Shown here: positions 1-12,687 of the stretch, one piece after another
Numbering within the stretch: position 1 is the first letter of the stretch
Layout of the letters: every line of letters starts with the position of its first letter
Assembly: GCA_002633005.1 (NCBI GenBank)
Contig: NMRA01000191.1
Location: 488,466-552,465 of the forward strand
Source of the DNA: Phoronis australis
Lineage: Eukaryota; Animalia; Phoronida
Direction of reading: 5' to 3'
Length of the DNA: 64,000 nt
Position numbers and translations under genes: made by a program
The notes under the pieces: model-generated
The model's database searches: none
What the model was told of the DNA's origin: nothing
Seen by the model: only the letters and a program-made list of their open reading frames with translations

Positions 1-1089
1 AACACACGGTGCAACATTTAAATACGACTGCACAACCAATACAGAGCACAGACAACCAAACACAGTTTCTATTCCCATGAGTAAGGGACCAACAGCCGCT
101 TTCCAATACAGTGGCGACATGAGGGATTACGCCTTGTCACTAGATGGTGCTGGGGGTAGTTAGTGGACGACATTATGCATTCTTGTAGAACTTTTAATAC
201 AGTCCGATGTTTTGCAGTGCTTTTTGCGAGTGTAAACGCAAGCAACGTTAGCACATCAGAATTCCTAGTTTGCTTTCAGACAAAACCTTTATGTACCTTC
301 ACCCTTCACCAGAGCCTGGATTTTCTGTTTTCAAAAAGAGAGAAATCCTTCAAGCAAATCTGTGGTACTTAGCTCAGCAATCTGGGGTTGCCTTTTGTGA
401 GGTGGCACTTGCCAAATCAGACATGAAGTGAATTGTTTGGTTGCTTACCTTTCCAGTGGTAATTAACATTAAAGCTTTAGACAAAGATATTGACACCAAC
501 TGTCAACACATTACATGTGCCACATGTGGTTTAAGAAGTGGGATATTGATTTTACATTGTCACCTATGAGTTTTTCACAGGTCAACAGTTGGAAGTGATT
601 GATGCCTACAGGTACGCTTAAATGCCACAAATAAGCCTCTGAATTGACAACAATGGCATCAGGAAGCTATTCAGGAGCAGTTATAAGACTTCACAGTTCG
701 TTTTGGAACAGACTGAAACCTGTAAGGTAGCAAAATGGGAATGCTTGAAATCAAAACCAGGCAAATCTTGCCATGTCTATCATGAAACCTAGACTGCCAA
801 GATATCTGTGAAAGATAGAGAGCAGTAGTACAAGATAAGCACATAAATTATGTACCGTAATTAATGTATACATCCCAGACTTCCACACATGCTCTCTCAT
901 TCAGGATTTCAAAAACAGGGCATCCAAAATGGGATTTCCAATTTCGTAGGATGTCTATGACCAAGAACCCGCAATTGTTTTTACAAAAAAGTTTTTATAA
1001 AAAAAGAGTGGAGTTGGTCTGATGTCATATGCAGAGCATGAGACGTGAACAAACCTCATGATTAGGTCCATTGCACCAAACACCTGAGC

Positions 1090-1440
1090 TCAACACACAA
1101 GAGACCCATCATGGATCAACAGTTTTTTTGTGATGCCTGTCTCCTTTAAGAAAGCGGAGACTTTTCCATTTATTGCCTTGCACAATATGTTGTAGCCTTG
1201 TAGGCATAAAACTGTGCCATCCAGTAGGTTGCAACTGGGTAAAACTACCAGGTGTTTGGGGGTTTCAATGTCAGTACCACACACAGGACACACTGGGCTC
1301 CCCATATGCCCACTAATGTGTCTGTGCCTGTTACAATGTGGACATGGTCCTGGATTCTGCACTCGTTTTTTGTACCAATTCCTAAACCAAATCTACTGCT
1401 TTGGATAGGTCAATGGGCTCCCAGAGATGCTGCCAACAAG
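1090..1440 (-). mobile_element. Degraded non-LTR retrotransposon 3' fragment with a C-terminal CCHC zinc-knuckle-like motif
   Basis: Translation contains SPVCPVCGTDIETPKHLVVLPSC, fitting the CxxCGxxxETxxH...C motif at the end of L1/Tx1-type ORF2. There are stops upstream, and it lies in a pumilio intron. Confidence 0.45.
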
Positions 1441-1710
1441 TTAAAGTGACAACCAAGCTTACTTACTTCATTTGAACCAAATGCTGAACAGTGCATTCTG
1501 ACTAGGGTGACTAAATTTGTGCCAGGGTGTCTGTTTGGAAGCCTTAGACACCCTCTAGAAGGCCTACTTCCATTATGAACAAGTAGTGTTCTCTGCTCAC
1601 TTCTTTGACTTGTAGCAAATTAGGACTTTGCCACCAGTTTGCCTCCCCTGCCTCAAGTTTGAAAATCCAAAATCACAACTTCGAACAAATAAGGAAATTT
1701 TGGATGCCAC

Positions 1711-2216
1711 TAGGGCTTGGAATGACCCATGAAAAAAAAAAAGCGGAAATTTTTACGGCCCCAAACAGCAGCCTTGAAAATGGGGGGTCTCGAATTCTTC
1801 TCGATGCGGACCTTTTGCCAACAAAACATCGGGAGAGGACTTAAAAAAAAAAGTACCACCTCCAAGAGCGCGTGTCTGCATCACTTTAACTCGTCTGTCC
1901 TATCCCACCTTCACACATTTTGGCTGCAGTCGTAGTATTAGTCACGCGGTTTACAATCTCACGAGACGCCATTGAAGAAGACCACGTTATCCCAGGTGCC
2001 CCGAGAATGATGACAATTTACGTTCCTCCGAAACACAAAGAGCAACTTCCGCTTTTCGAAGTGGAAGTCGTAGGCAACGCCGCGGTAAGAAAGAACTTTT
2101 CCACGGAAATTTTATATCAAATCTGATTTTTTTTACGCGGAAATATAATAAAATACGCGGGCAGAACATTTGAAAAAAGCGGAAATCTGCGTTTTCGCGG
2201 AAAATTCCAAGCCTTG
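1711..2216. mobile_element. Non-autonomous TIR element, hAT-like ends, approx. 6-bp TSD
   Basis: Left end TAGGGCTTGGAAT; right end reverse complement CAAGGCTTGGAAT. Flanks TGCCAC / TGCCAT. Confidence 0.55.
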
Positions 2217-3881
2217 TGCCATGGATTATTGCCTCTGTCAATGTCCACAGCATGAATACAGAGTTTCCAACAGATTTTCAGGACTAAGTCATTCAGAGAT
2301 CATGATGCTTAGCTAACCAAACACACAACACATTTTTAAAGATTCAGAATACACTTTTTAGGAATGACGTAACAAAATTTCGGGTCAGAATCAGAGTGAA
2401 GACAAGCTCAGAAGTCGGACAGTTAAAATGACTACAGTACCGCAGCGTAACACTCAGTGACCTCACATTGTATTTGGCAAGTCGCCATTGCGTTTCAAAG
2501 TTTGTGTTGGCATCCAAACTCTAAATTATTAACACTTTTCCTAGATTCATTAACTTTTAATTCAGAATTAGTCCGTTTATTTCGTGAAATCAGAGAATTA
2601 GCCACCACAGCAGTCAGCACACATCAAACGTCCTTAAATCACAACAGCAAATATACAGCTAAGAGTCGGAATAGTCTGGCAAACGGGCAACATCGGGGAA
2701 ATACGCGGCACCAGTGTATGCGATCGCCTGCGACTCTGCGTTCTATGTTCATTCGTTGGCGGGAAGAATTGAGTTAGAGAATAAATGTACATTTACAAGG
2801 AGAAATTAGATATGTACACTTAAGGGGCACTGTACAAACCGTACAACGATTTTTATGCCAGATTGGCTAGGAGGTTTCATTTGGCAACCCGAGATTTTTG
2901 CCAGGTTGCCAAATCCAACTCGGCCTTAGCCGAAGCGTCAAGCATTGGCTTAACTCGAATGTAGTCGAATTTCATTATTAATGTCTTCCTTATTCCTAGC
3001 AACAATCCGAACAAATTCTGAGAGCAATTGCACAACAAAGTGGCACTGTAACTCAAGCAACATTCCCTAAGAGGAATGCCCATGACAAGTAGCGCTGAGG
3101 AAATAGTGGCACCATTTTGTACACAGTAGCACAAAATTTTCTCTTGAAACCTGTTTGATGCACAACTGAAGCAACAATCTTGTATAACAATAATCAACAA
3201 CTGTGACACAAGTTCACAAAACATACACAATCTACATGGAGACTTCGGTTTGTGATGAGGTTCAGATAGATTAGTTACCAAGTACACCACTTTCCTTCCA
3301 CCAAAATTTATCTGATAATTCATGAGAATGAGGACTGGACAGAACTTGGCATAACTTATTTTGTAGACTGCAGTTCAAAAATTCAGTTCATGCTTTCCAA
3401 TTATAAAAACGCTAGCCATAGACTAATGACACTGACTATGACCATACAATACAGAACAAAAAAGTAGACATACAGAAATAGAGATACACATTACAATTTT
3501 GTGAAACTTTCGTTCAAACAAAATAGTGGACCTGCAGAAATGGTCCTTGTATCTGTAGGACTACATAAATATTCCAACGCACGCAAATATTTGAGGATCT
3601 TCTACAAGCTTAAGTACACCACTTGCTAACAAAGATGGTTATCTAATGGGGATTCTTTTTTATTTGGAGTCTAACTACTTGCAAGAATGCTGCCAACACT
3701 TATGTTAGCCTGTTATGAAAGTTGGCAGCAATGACTTCAACATGAAAAAGCAGAATCTTGCAGTTCCATCAAGTTGTCAATTTATCACTATAGCAATAGA
3801 ACATGAGAATGAAGAAAAGCACCCACTTAATTTAAAACTATTATGCCAGTTTCTAACAGGCGATTATGCAGTCATTTAGAG

Positions 3882-3991
3882 GGTAATGGTCTGATATAAC
3901 GTGCCTGAATTTTGAGAGCCAGTTTTCTCCACTGAATAATGGGCATCAAACTGGTTCTCAATATACGGGCACGTTATATCAGACTATTGCC
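3882..3991. mobile_element. 110-bp palindromic MITE with 9-bp TSD (Mutator-like)
   Basis: Near-perfect hairpin GGTAATGGTCTGATATAACGTGCC...GGCACGTTATATCAGACTATTGCC, flanked by CATTTAGAG on both sides (3873-3881, 3992-4000). Related copies at ~19091-19200 and ~33436-33540. Confidence 0.75.
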
Positions 3992-4720
3992 CATTTAGAG
4001 AGCAAAAAGCTAAATTGCGTCTCAAGTGATAGTGGAGGACAGTTGTATTATAGTCAGTAGGTCAGCACAAGGTTCAGCAGGGATTAAACCATTGTATAAG
4101 TGTGCGTAACCCCGAATATTTGGACTCTTTCGGACGGCATCTAACATCCAAGATCTAATAAATATTGAATTCAAGTGGATTAAATTTCATACAATTGCAA
4201 ATATTTGTAACTTCCAGTGCTTGTTTTCGGAGAACCTGACAAAAATTTTCAAGCAGTGCCCTAGAAGCAATTTTAGGTACTATTTCTCAAGCTTGGGGTC
4301 CACGGAATCTTTTAGAGATGTAAACTGTCGAACATGGAATTTTCCGTGTGAAATGCTGATGGTTAAACACAAAAGGCATTACTTGTGAACATGGCTTAAA
4401 TCTATGCTCCTACAATAAACACTAAAAAATCGTAAGCTAGCCTATGTAAAAGATAATCAACACTAGACGATTGTTAACACATCACCAAATGCCTTGGTCT
4501 TGTCATATTTGTCCTGGGTAACACATTCTGATACGAAATGAATCCCTGGTCAGGGAATGATGCCAGCAGCCACTCCCATATTCACATACATAGAGTGAGT
4601 AAGTGAAATTCACTTCTTCATGTATCATCAAGACAAAACTTGTAAAGTTGGCAATCGTGCGGGAGTGTACCTTCAAGCAATCAACAATTTTGCCAGAAGA
4701 CAAGCCCCTTCTACACTTAC

Positions 4721-6308
4721 CTCGTGGCTGTCTAGACCCATTTCCCGGAAGTCCCGTTCCAGATCACTCACATTTCTGACCTGTGAACAAAAAGTTTTAG
4801 AGAATTTTTTTAATTGCAAGAACTTAATGAAGTGATGTAAAATAGCAGCAGACCACCCCCCTCCCTTTCAATCCACACTACACACCAGCCAACAAGAAAT
4901 AAATATGGTGCGAAAATGATTAGGCACCCCTATGTGGGCAACTAAGCAAGTGCACAGCTGGTAATTACTTCAGGATCATTTGTAAGTTGGCGTCCACACT
5001 ACAACTTGTAAGGTACTGTACCCTGATAAAGTGGGCTTGTCACACGCGTGTCAAGTAGCCACCGTGCAAACAGTGCTCAAACTATTACTGAAAATAACTT
5101 GTTCCAGGGCCACTAATACTGTGGATGGAATTGACGAGGGAGGGGGGGTCATAAAAATTACACTTTATTAGACATTAAGAAGAGGACAACGTCGCCGTTC
5201 GACTGTACCTTTTCCCAAAGTGTATCACTCATATAGGGTTTTATTGGATAAATTCTTACAGGTTTTAATTTTCATTTTTGCGAGTTATTTTTCCACAAAA
5301 CCATTAAGACTTGCAACAGTTTTTCCTATTACTGTTCGTAATAATACTTCAATACACATAACTTGTAATATGACATGCAAAATGCAGAATTCCACGAGCG
5401 CCAAGACTTTACATGAGCTCTCACCAGAAACCATGCGTTTTCATTAGTTAAACCCAGTACATTATTTACTTTGCCACATGCTACAAAAACTCTGTTGCCA
5501 GTAACATTGCTCTCTTGACAATGTCACTACTTATTTAAAGGAGCTGGCCTATATAATTATACACATAATTTACAAGTATGCATTAAAAGCCAAACAACTG
5601 TATTGTAGTTTGGCAGTGTTTTCGTAATCAATCTATTGTGAACAGGTTTCCTGACATATGGTTTACTAGATTTTACCTTAATAAAGCAAGATTGCAAAGC
5701 AATTGAGCAATTCCCAAAACGGGAACATAGTCCCCACATTTAGCGCGGCTAAGGCGACATATTGCCTAATTCAGGTAATGTTTTGTTTTTAAACATTTAG
5801 ACGAAATTGTATTCCATGAGGTTTCTGCCAGCAGCTCTGTGTCTGAAACTACTACGTATCCTGACTAATGAACAGAGCTACAAAAAATCAAATTTGCATA
5901 TTTTTGAACGAAATTCTAATTAAAGTCATCATACCCATAATCTAAACCTGTTTCAGGTTTCCAAAAACTGATACCAAACTAACTTCTGATACAAATGACA
6001 GCTACTTGCAAACTGTTGAAACAATTGATCACAATTGAAGTTGTATCAAATTTGGAAAAAAATAACAGTATTAAAATACAAACCTGAGCTACAATTGCAC
6101 TATCGTCGCCAACAGCCCATCGCTTGTTAGTATAGCTTTGTAGTTCATTGTCGTTTTGAGGACGCTGGTAGAAATAGCCAACTGTTGCATCGTCTTGAGA
6201 GCGACTGATTCCTGTCGAGCCAGACTGCCTGTTTCCAGCCATGTCCTGTCCACCTAACATCGCCTGTGTATCATCCCAAGCCGCAACGCTCATACTTGGT
6301 ACGGGCAT
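4721..6308 (-). CDS. PUM: Pumilio (PUF family RNA-binding protein), N-terminal coding exons; gene continues off the left edge of the window
   Basis: Exon 6308-6084 (donor GTTTGT, phase 0) encodes MPVPSMSVAAWDD...RSQDDATVGYFYQRPQ...KRWAVGDDSAIVAQ. Exon 4780-4721 (acceptor CAG, donor GTAAGT) encodes VRNVSDLERDFREMGLDSHE. These match the recalled vertebrate PUM N-terminal motifs RSQDDAMVDYFFQR...HRWPTGD...QVRSMDELNHDFQAL. The start could be ATG 6308 or ATG 6293 (MSVA). The PUF repeats are not in this window. Confidence 0.88.
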
Positions 6309-6960
6309 GAAAAGTTCATTCTACCACTCTGAAATCGGATGGGAGTAAAACGATAGCTCATGAAGTAAAACGACGAGGCATAAATGGAAAACAAACAAAT
6401 CGACTGTCATCACAAGAAAAGAATATGGCGGATGTTATGGTTTTGAAGACGGAGAGGAATATCGAATCTTGCAAAGAAGGTACCAATTTTTCACAACCTC
6501 AGGGGTCCACAATCACCACAAATTTCAGTGGAAATTATATGCATAGTTTCAATCTTTAAAACACAAAAGCTTACCGCGATGACATTGGATTTTGCAGCCA
6601 CCTTTACTTTACCCGCAACATGGCGACATTTTCTGTCTATCACACAGCATTCTGGGAAGAGGATGTGTGACGTCACTGTGGCGGGAGTACCTGGGGGTCA
6701 CTTACATGCAAGTGCCGCGCCGTTGTGCCAGTGTGCCGTGAAAAGGGTATCTCAAATGGCCTAAGTCCTCAACAAAAGCACAACCGATACAAACTTGTTG
6801 AGAAAGCATGAGTAAGGACGATTTTTTTGATAGCGTACTTGAAGGCCGGGCTTGGTTCTACCCCGGGAGACAAGTAGGCTATATAGCTAGCTCACTAGTG
6901 GAGCGTTGGGCCCCGCGGCGCCAACGCCACAGGGCCCGGCCGAATTACGGCATCTATAAG

Positions 6961-7122
6961 CAGGAGCGGATCCTGGATTTTTAGTTAGGGGGTCAGGGCA
7001 GAGCATGAGCCAGGATTTTGCCCGACAGACATTCGCACCCCCCAATTGCCAAATGGAATCTGGGAGAGTTTCACCGGGGCCGGGCCATGGCCCCCTTGGC
7101 CCCCCCTAGGCTATATCCGCAC
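6961..7122. mobile_element. Short MITE, CAG(G/T)GGCGGAT family (degraded copy)
   Basis: Shares the end CAGGAGCGGATCCTGGATTTT and the internal GGCCATGGCCCCCTTGGCCCCCC with the copies at 39673 and 52457. Right end and TSD are not preserved. Confidence 0.6.
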
Positions 7123-8450
7123 ATTTCGGTGTCAGTAAAATCAATAAATTTCTTCACAATCGTTTTTACTTTCCAAAGCAAAGTCATAATGTTCATTTGT
7201 TTAAACTGAAATTGTTTGCAATGTCCTCAGTTCGCGGCGCCATATCCGCACCTTAGTTGGCGACTTCGGAAATTAGGCCTAGTCTCAGTGTAATCAACAA
7301 GCAACTGATCAGTATCGGACATCACTCTGAACCTTAGAAATCATTGCCAGTATTAGTAGGTGTAATTTAAGATTACATATAGCTTAATTTTGTAGCTCCG
7401 GGAAGGACCCTAAGAGCCCCTGACCATGGAGCCGGCACAAAAAAAAGATAAGAAGAAAATCCAAGGTCAAATCATAGTTTGGTGGCAATTCATATTACTA
7501 ACAAATTAGCTAGAAAAGTTAGCGTAAAACAGTTGCATACGAAACGGCCAAACTTTTTTCAAAGCATGCACTTGCTAGGCCACGTGGATTGAAAGGTAAA
7601 GAAGGTACCTAGAAGGTACTGAAAATAATTTTTTTTTTAACTTACTCGGTACTTCAAAATATAAATTTGGTGCGCCGCCTGTGTGACCACGGGCGCCACA
7701 NTTGTCATTTTATTGCACTGATCAACGCTAATAACTACAAAACATCTGTCCCATCCAACAATGGTCCCAAAATGTGTTAGATGGTCCTAACGGATAACGC
7801 CACTTTAAAAGAAATGGCGGGCTCCGGGCGCTTCGTGTTACATGCACATCTGGTGCGCATGTACCACAACATACGTCACACTACATCTAGCAAATGTCCG
7901 AGAGTAGGTGTCAAAGGTAATCAGACAAAACATGACAATTTCCCTCAAATCAATAGCTGGCAATGATTATCATTGTGTACATTACTACAGAATCATGATT
8001 GAACTTCCACCTCGTTAACTTTCGGGTAATTTATTAGCTAAGATGCACGAGAGCGAGAGCGAGAGAAACGCTATTATTTAAAGGGGGTGGGGGGGAGGGG
8101 CTCGAATTTTTGAGAATGTGAACATTTTACTGAAAAACGGGGTACGTTCAGAGCTATGAACGAATCCCTGCCTTTTTATAGTGGACTTTTGTCTTGTTTT
8201 CTATTTTTTCGGACTTTTTGTTTCTCTGGGGCGGACCTTTTTGCCCCATGTTTATACATTCAAAATTAAATTAGGTGTTCTAAGGTTTCCTACCGCTATG
8301 AAACAAATGAAAAAATAGAATAAGCCAATAATAAGTAAAAGATACAAAAAAGGTAAAAAACCCAATGACGGAGTCGGACAGACAGGGGTATTATACCGTC
8401 TGGACTCTACCCACCAACGTAGAGAATTGGCTCAGAAAATTATAGATTTG

Positions 8451-8692
8451 CATGCACGCACCCAGCCTTCAATATGGAGGGGGGGAGGGGGCTCGAATTC
8501 CTGACGTTGTGGACCTTTTGTTAACTAAAAAGCGCGAACTAAAACAAAAAGAAAAAAAAACGGGGGCACCACTGTGAATTGCGCGTTTGTGCTTGTTTAG
8601 TGGACTTTTGTCTCATTTTCTCGGACTTCGTTTCGCAGAGGGGGACCTTTTTGCCCACTTCGCCAAATGCCCCCCCCATGGGTGCGCGCATG
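8451..8692. mobile_element. MITE, CATGCGCGCACCC family, 5-bp TSD
   Basis: Ends CATGCACGCACCC / GGGTGCGCGCATG; ATTTG on both flanks. Confidence 0.8.
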
Positions 8693-11053
8693 ATTTGGAG
8701 GGAAGAAAAAAATCGCCCTTTCGTAGGGTTTCGTTTCCGAAACACCACCTTTTTAATAATAAACCCAGCCTTTTCGTAGTGTTCTTGGACAGGTGCTTTT
8801 AACCGCGACTGTAAAGGCGTAGATGAACCTGACTTCTATGCTTTAAAAAGTTCATGAAACTTGTAATACGACCCCATCCCACTTTTGTCGCCACATCACG
8901 GTACTCTAATATCGAAGAAGCTGCCGACATCGATACGGACAATCCCGCACACAAGTCGTGTTGATGACCGCGCCGTGCCCACTGTTCGACTCATGGTCGA
9001 ACCGTTCCTCATTCACGATGTTATCGTGCGCGGAATCTCCGCAGTGGACAGTTTACAGAGTTGCTGGCGAGCTTTCACGTTGGCTGTGCCTGCAAGAAGG
9101 GTTGTCTTTCGTTTGGTGTGACGACGTATTTTAAAAATCATACAATAGACGCTAAACTTTTCGATGACAGATTTTGCTATGGAATTAATTCATGTACAAC
9201 TTCTGCACTACCCTGTACCTTTGTTGCCTGAACCCAATCGGATGGCTTCGTAATCAGTACAGGGCCGCTGTCACCACCGCAACAGTGTGGGTGTAAGTGA
9301 TACACCTTCACTGTTGTCGATTTTAGTGGCACACAAACAAACACTTGAAAACAGAAACAAAAACATGATTAACGAAGCCCCTTACAATAATCAGTAGGCC
9401 TATTAAAAGTAGAAGGAATTCACCCAAAATTGTTTCATATTGTCAAATACCCTACCTTTAGTATTATGGAGTTGCAAAAGTCACTTTCCTACCGATTAAA
9501 ATCGCGTTCCACCTGTCAGCAAGCAAATTTTAGTTTTTCTTGTCACGTACGCGGTCGGTGGGACTGCGCAACGCTAGATACGATCCGGAATGATGATTTC
9601 TTATTGATGCGATATTTGAAAAGTACACTTCTAAGGACGCTTCTAAAGCAAGAATGGGGAAATAAACGCACAGTAACGAAACTGCGTCGTACCGACTCGG
9701 GCAAACTCGACCCATTAACAATTCCGTGACGTCCTTTCGCCCAGTTACCGAGGAACAAGTCTATGCTCTGGTATTTTCGCGCTCTTTGAATAAGGTAACC
9801 ATGGTAGTCCAAACTAAATTTTATACGAAAAACGTCGAATTCGTCAAAGATAATATTCATATAGAGCCACGCTGGTTCATTGTATCTAAATTACACCAGC
9901 AAAGCTGGCTCACAGTACAGGATTGGGAGCTAATGGCCAGAAAACACTAATCTGAAATAACGTAGAAAGTTTTTCCCTCTTCACAAATTTATTCAGCAAT
10001 AAAACAATGAGTACTAAAGACATCAAACTGTGATTCCATTGTAATCCTAACCAATAATCACAGCCGGGGTATGTTTCATGGAAAGTGACTACAAGTCAGA
10101 CATTTTGGCTCCACCATAACTATTTACAAAAAATAAGTAAATCTCACTTCAGCAAAAAATACAGTATCCGAGAACATATACACAACTGTTGCAACTCTTG
10201 CCAGCAGACCATCTATTGGCCACGTCACGTGACCAAATGAATGTAAGCTAGGAGTGCAGTGTAGGCTTCGTACACTCCTTGATATAAGTCTGAAGATTTC
10301 TGCCATCCACGTGGACTCGAGCCCAGGACCTTCTGCTAATCGTACATATTCATATACACACACAACTGTTAGTTACTGACATAATTTCTATAATTTCTTT
10401 GACTTTGATGTGGTTATTACTTGGCTAAACGTTTATTCCGCAATTGTGAAGTGCCAAATACTAACTCATAGTGCAGACTGAATGAATGTCTTGACCACAC
10501 GTTTGTTAACATGTCAACAAATAACAACTGACATATTCTGAGTGGACATGGGGCATGACTATACCACCTCAGCCAATAACCATGATCATAATGGTGGTGC
10601 TATGTATACCGGTACTATTCCAACGGCCGCTTGCAAGAGAAAAATCTTAAATACCACTGTTTAACCACAAATAGAGTAATAGTAACAATACAAAAGGCGA
10701 CATCTAGCATAGATTAACAGTAAAAATATGTTCATTTTCAATCATCGCAATAGATTTACCTTTAGAGAACTCTGGCTTATATGTACACTACATTTTATTG
10801 TATTTCTCCAAAATAATAATAAATGTACCCTCTGCCCCCCCTCNTGAAAAGAGTAATTTAAATCATACATATGATCAATCATTACATCAAGAGATTCTGT
10901 GGTTTCTTCAGCAGGAAACAAATTAAAACTACTCCGAAAAGAGACAAAAAAGAAAACTGTACTTCCACCTCATCTTAAATTAAAAGGTACCACAGAAAAA
11001 AATGGTGCAAACCATCAAAACAAATTCCCAACAAAATAATTTACTTTGCAGAG

Positions 11054-11327
11054 CATGGGCACACCCAGGGGTGGCTCAGAGGGCTCGAATGAGGCCCCCA
11101 ATTTGTCGAATTGGGCAAAAAGGTCCGCCTCAGTGAAACAAAAAGTCCGAGTAAATGAGATAAAAGTCCACAAAGCCCACAGGAATTCATAGCGGATGAA
11201 TAATTCGTAGGCCTGAACCTAGTGGCCCCGTTTTTTTTTTTTTAGTCCTCGTTTGATATTTTTCAGTAAAAGGTCCGCATATTGAAAAATTTGAGCCCCC
11301 CAATATTTTAGGCTGGGTTCGCGCATG
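11054..11327. mobile_element. MITE, CATGCGCGCACCC family, 5-bp TSD
   Basis: Ends CATGGGCACACCC / GGGTTCGCGCATG; CAGAG on both flanks. The equivalent copy in segment B is at 16657-16906. Confidence 0.8.
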
Positions 11328-11852
11328 CAGAGAACACCTGCCCATCTATTTCTGGTAACATTACAAGTCTTATGACACTCATCCATCCGAACCATTACAA
11401 AACCAAAACATTCATACTGATATCAAATTAAAGAATTTTCAACAGCAATATTAAACATGACTAATGTTAATAACGATGTTGTGAGGCAGTCAATGTACAT
11501 TTCCCAGGTATTTACAATGACCATTATAAAGTTTTCACACCAGGCAAATAATAGCAACAGCACCACGAGCTTGTCACACTAAAATTAAGATGGGAAGAAT
11601 CACGCACACAAGAACTAAAACTTCACTTTACCTGTATTGTAACAAAAGTACCCAAACAACCACATATTTAAGGGGGTTATAAACCAGATGTCCGGAACAA
11701 AAACAACTTTTGATTTAGACCACTTACAGGTATGAAATTAGTTTAAAATTGTTAGATGTGATGATGATGATGATGATGTGATACACCCCAAAACAATTCA
11801 ATTTCAAATTGTGTTCAACAAAAACAGCAGCATTATGTAAAAACTCAGCTTG

Positions 11853-12192
11853 TCACTTCCATGCTTTTTGGCATTTGCAGTCAGGATGGTCGATTTCTTC
11901 CCACGTTACATGACCCAGCAAATCTTGATATCTCGGAATTCGTGATTCATGACGATGTTGTAGATGCCCGGGATCTTAGTACTCAAGTCCATGTGATGAT
12001 TCCTTGTCCCGTTTTCTAAATATACCACGGTAATCTAATTCCTCGGATATCAACTCCGAAATTTTGCTCACGACATCTTGACATCAAAGCAGATGATATC
12101 CCACAATGCAAAGCCAAGTAAGCGTGTTTTTCTTTGGCCAGTCTGTCACAAAGGAACTGCAACTGACCAGTCGTGAAAGGAAAATTCTGCAT
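11853..12192 (-). pseudogene. Frameshifted intronless ORF remnant with death-domain-like pattern
   Basis: ORF 12192-12016 reads MQNFPFTTGQLQFLCDRLAKEKHAYLALHCGISSALMSRCREQNFGVDIRGI. It continues in shifted frames as TVVYLENGTRNHHMDLSTKIPGIYNIVMNHEF and RYQDLLGHVTWEEIDHPDCKCQKAWK. The resemblance is by eye only. Confidence 0.35.
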
Positions 12193-12687
12193 CCTACACT
12201 AGTACTCATGATACATCTTATAAGTTGGATCTTGAGTTCTGAACACTTTCAGTCATTTTCCGGTATTTCATGCCTCGATCTTCGCCAATCCGGTGCTTCC
12301 AAACGCTGATAAATTTAAAGATATTTTTAACTTCCATCTAATTTTTAAGCTAAGTAAATGCTCAAAATCTGTAACATTTGAAAACCCATATGTATTGAGT
12401 TTTAATCCTTCAAAGTACATAGAATACAGATAAATCTGTAACAGTTTGCATACTTCTATATGATTCACACCAAATTAGCAGATAATACGGTAAACAAGTT
12501 TTTCAATCTTCTCAACAAAAACATTAAAAAAATACACTTTTAAGTAAGTGTGGTGCGAACTATACAGCCGTCACATAACAATCTTAGGTAAGATAACGAC
12601 TCTTGATTATTTGCCCTTGGAAAATAGAAGAAAGCTTTGCCAATTCTTATAGGGGGCTTTTGATTGAATTGCCGAGCAGTAATGAGT

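Noticed and set aside
1850-2200. CpG-rich stretch as an alternative pumilio promoter
   Set aside because: It lies inside the TIR element 1711-2216, and its ATG-to-donor segment is in the wrong phase.
8885-9121. GC-rich stretch with ORF-like appearance and a minus-strand acceptor
   Set aside because: No frame gave a recognisable protein, and the region is absent from segment B.
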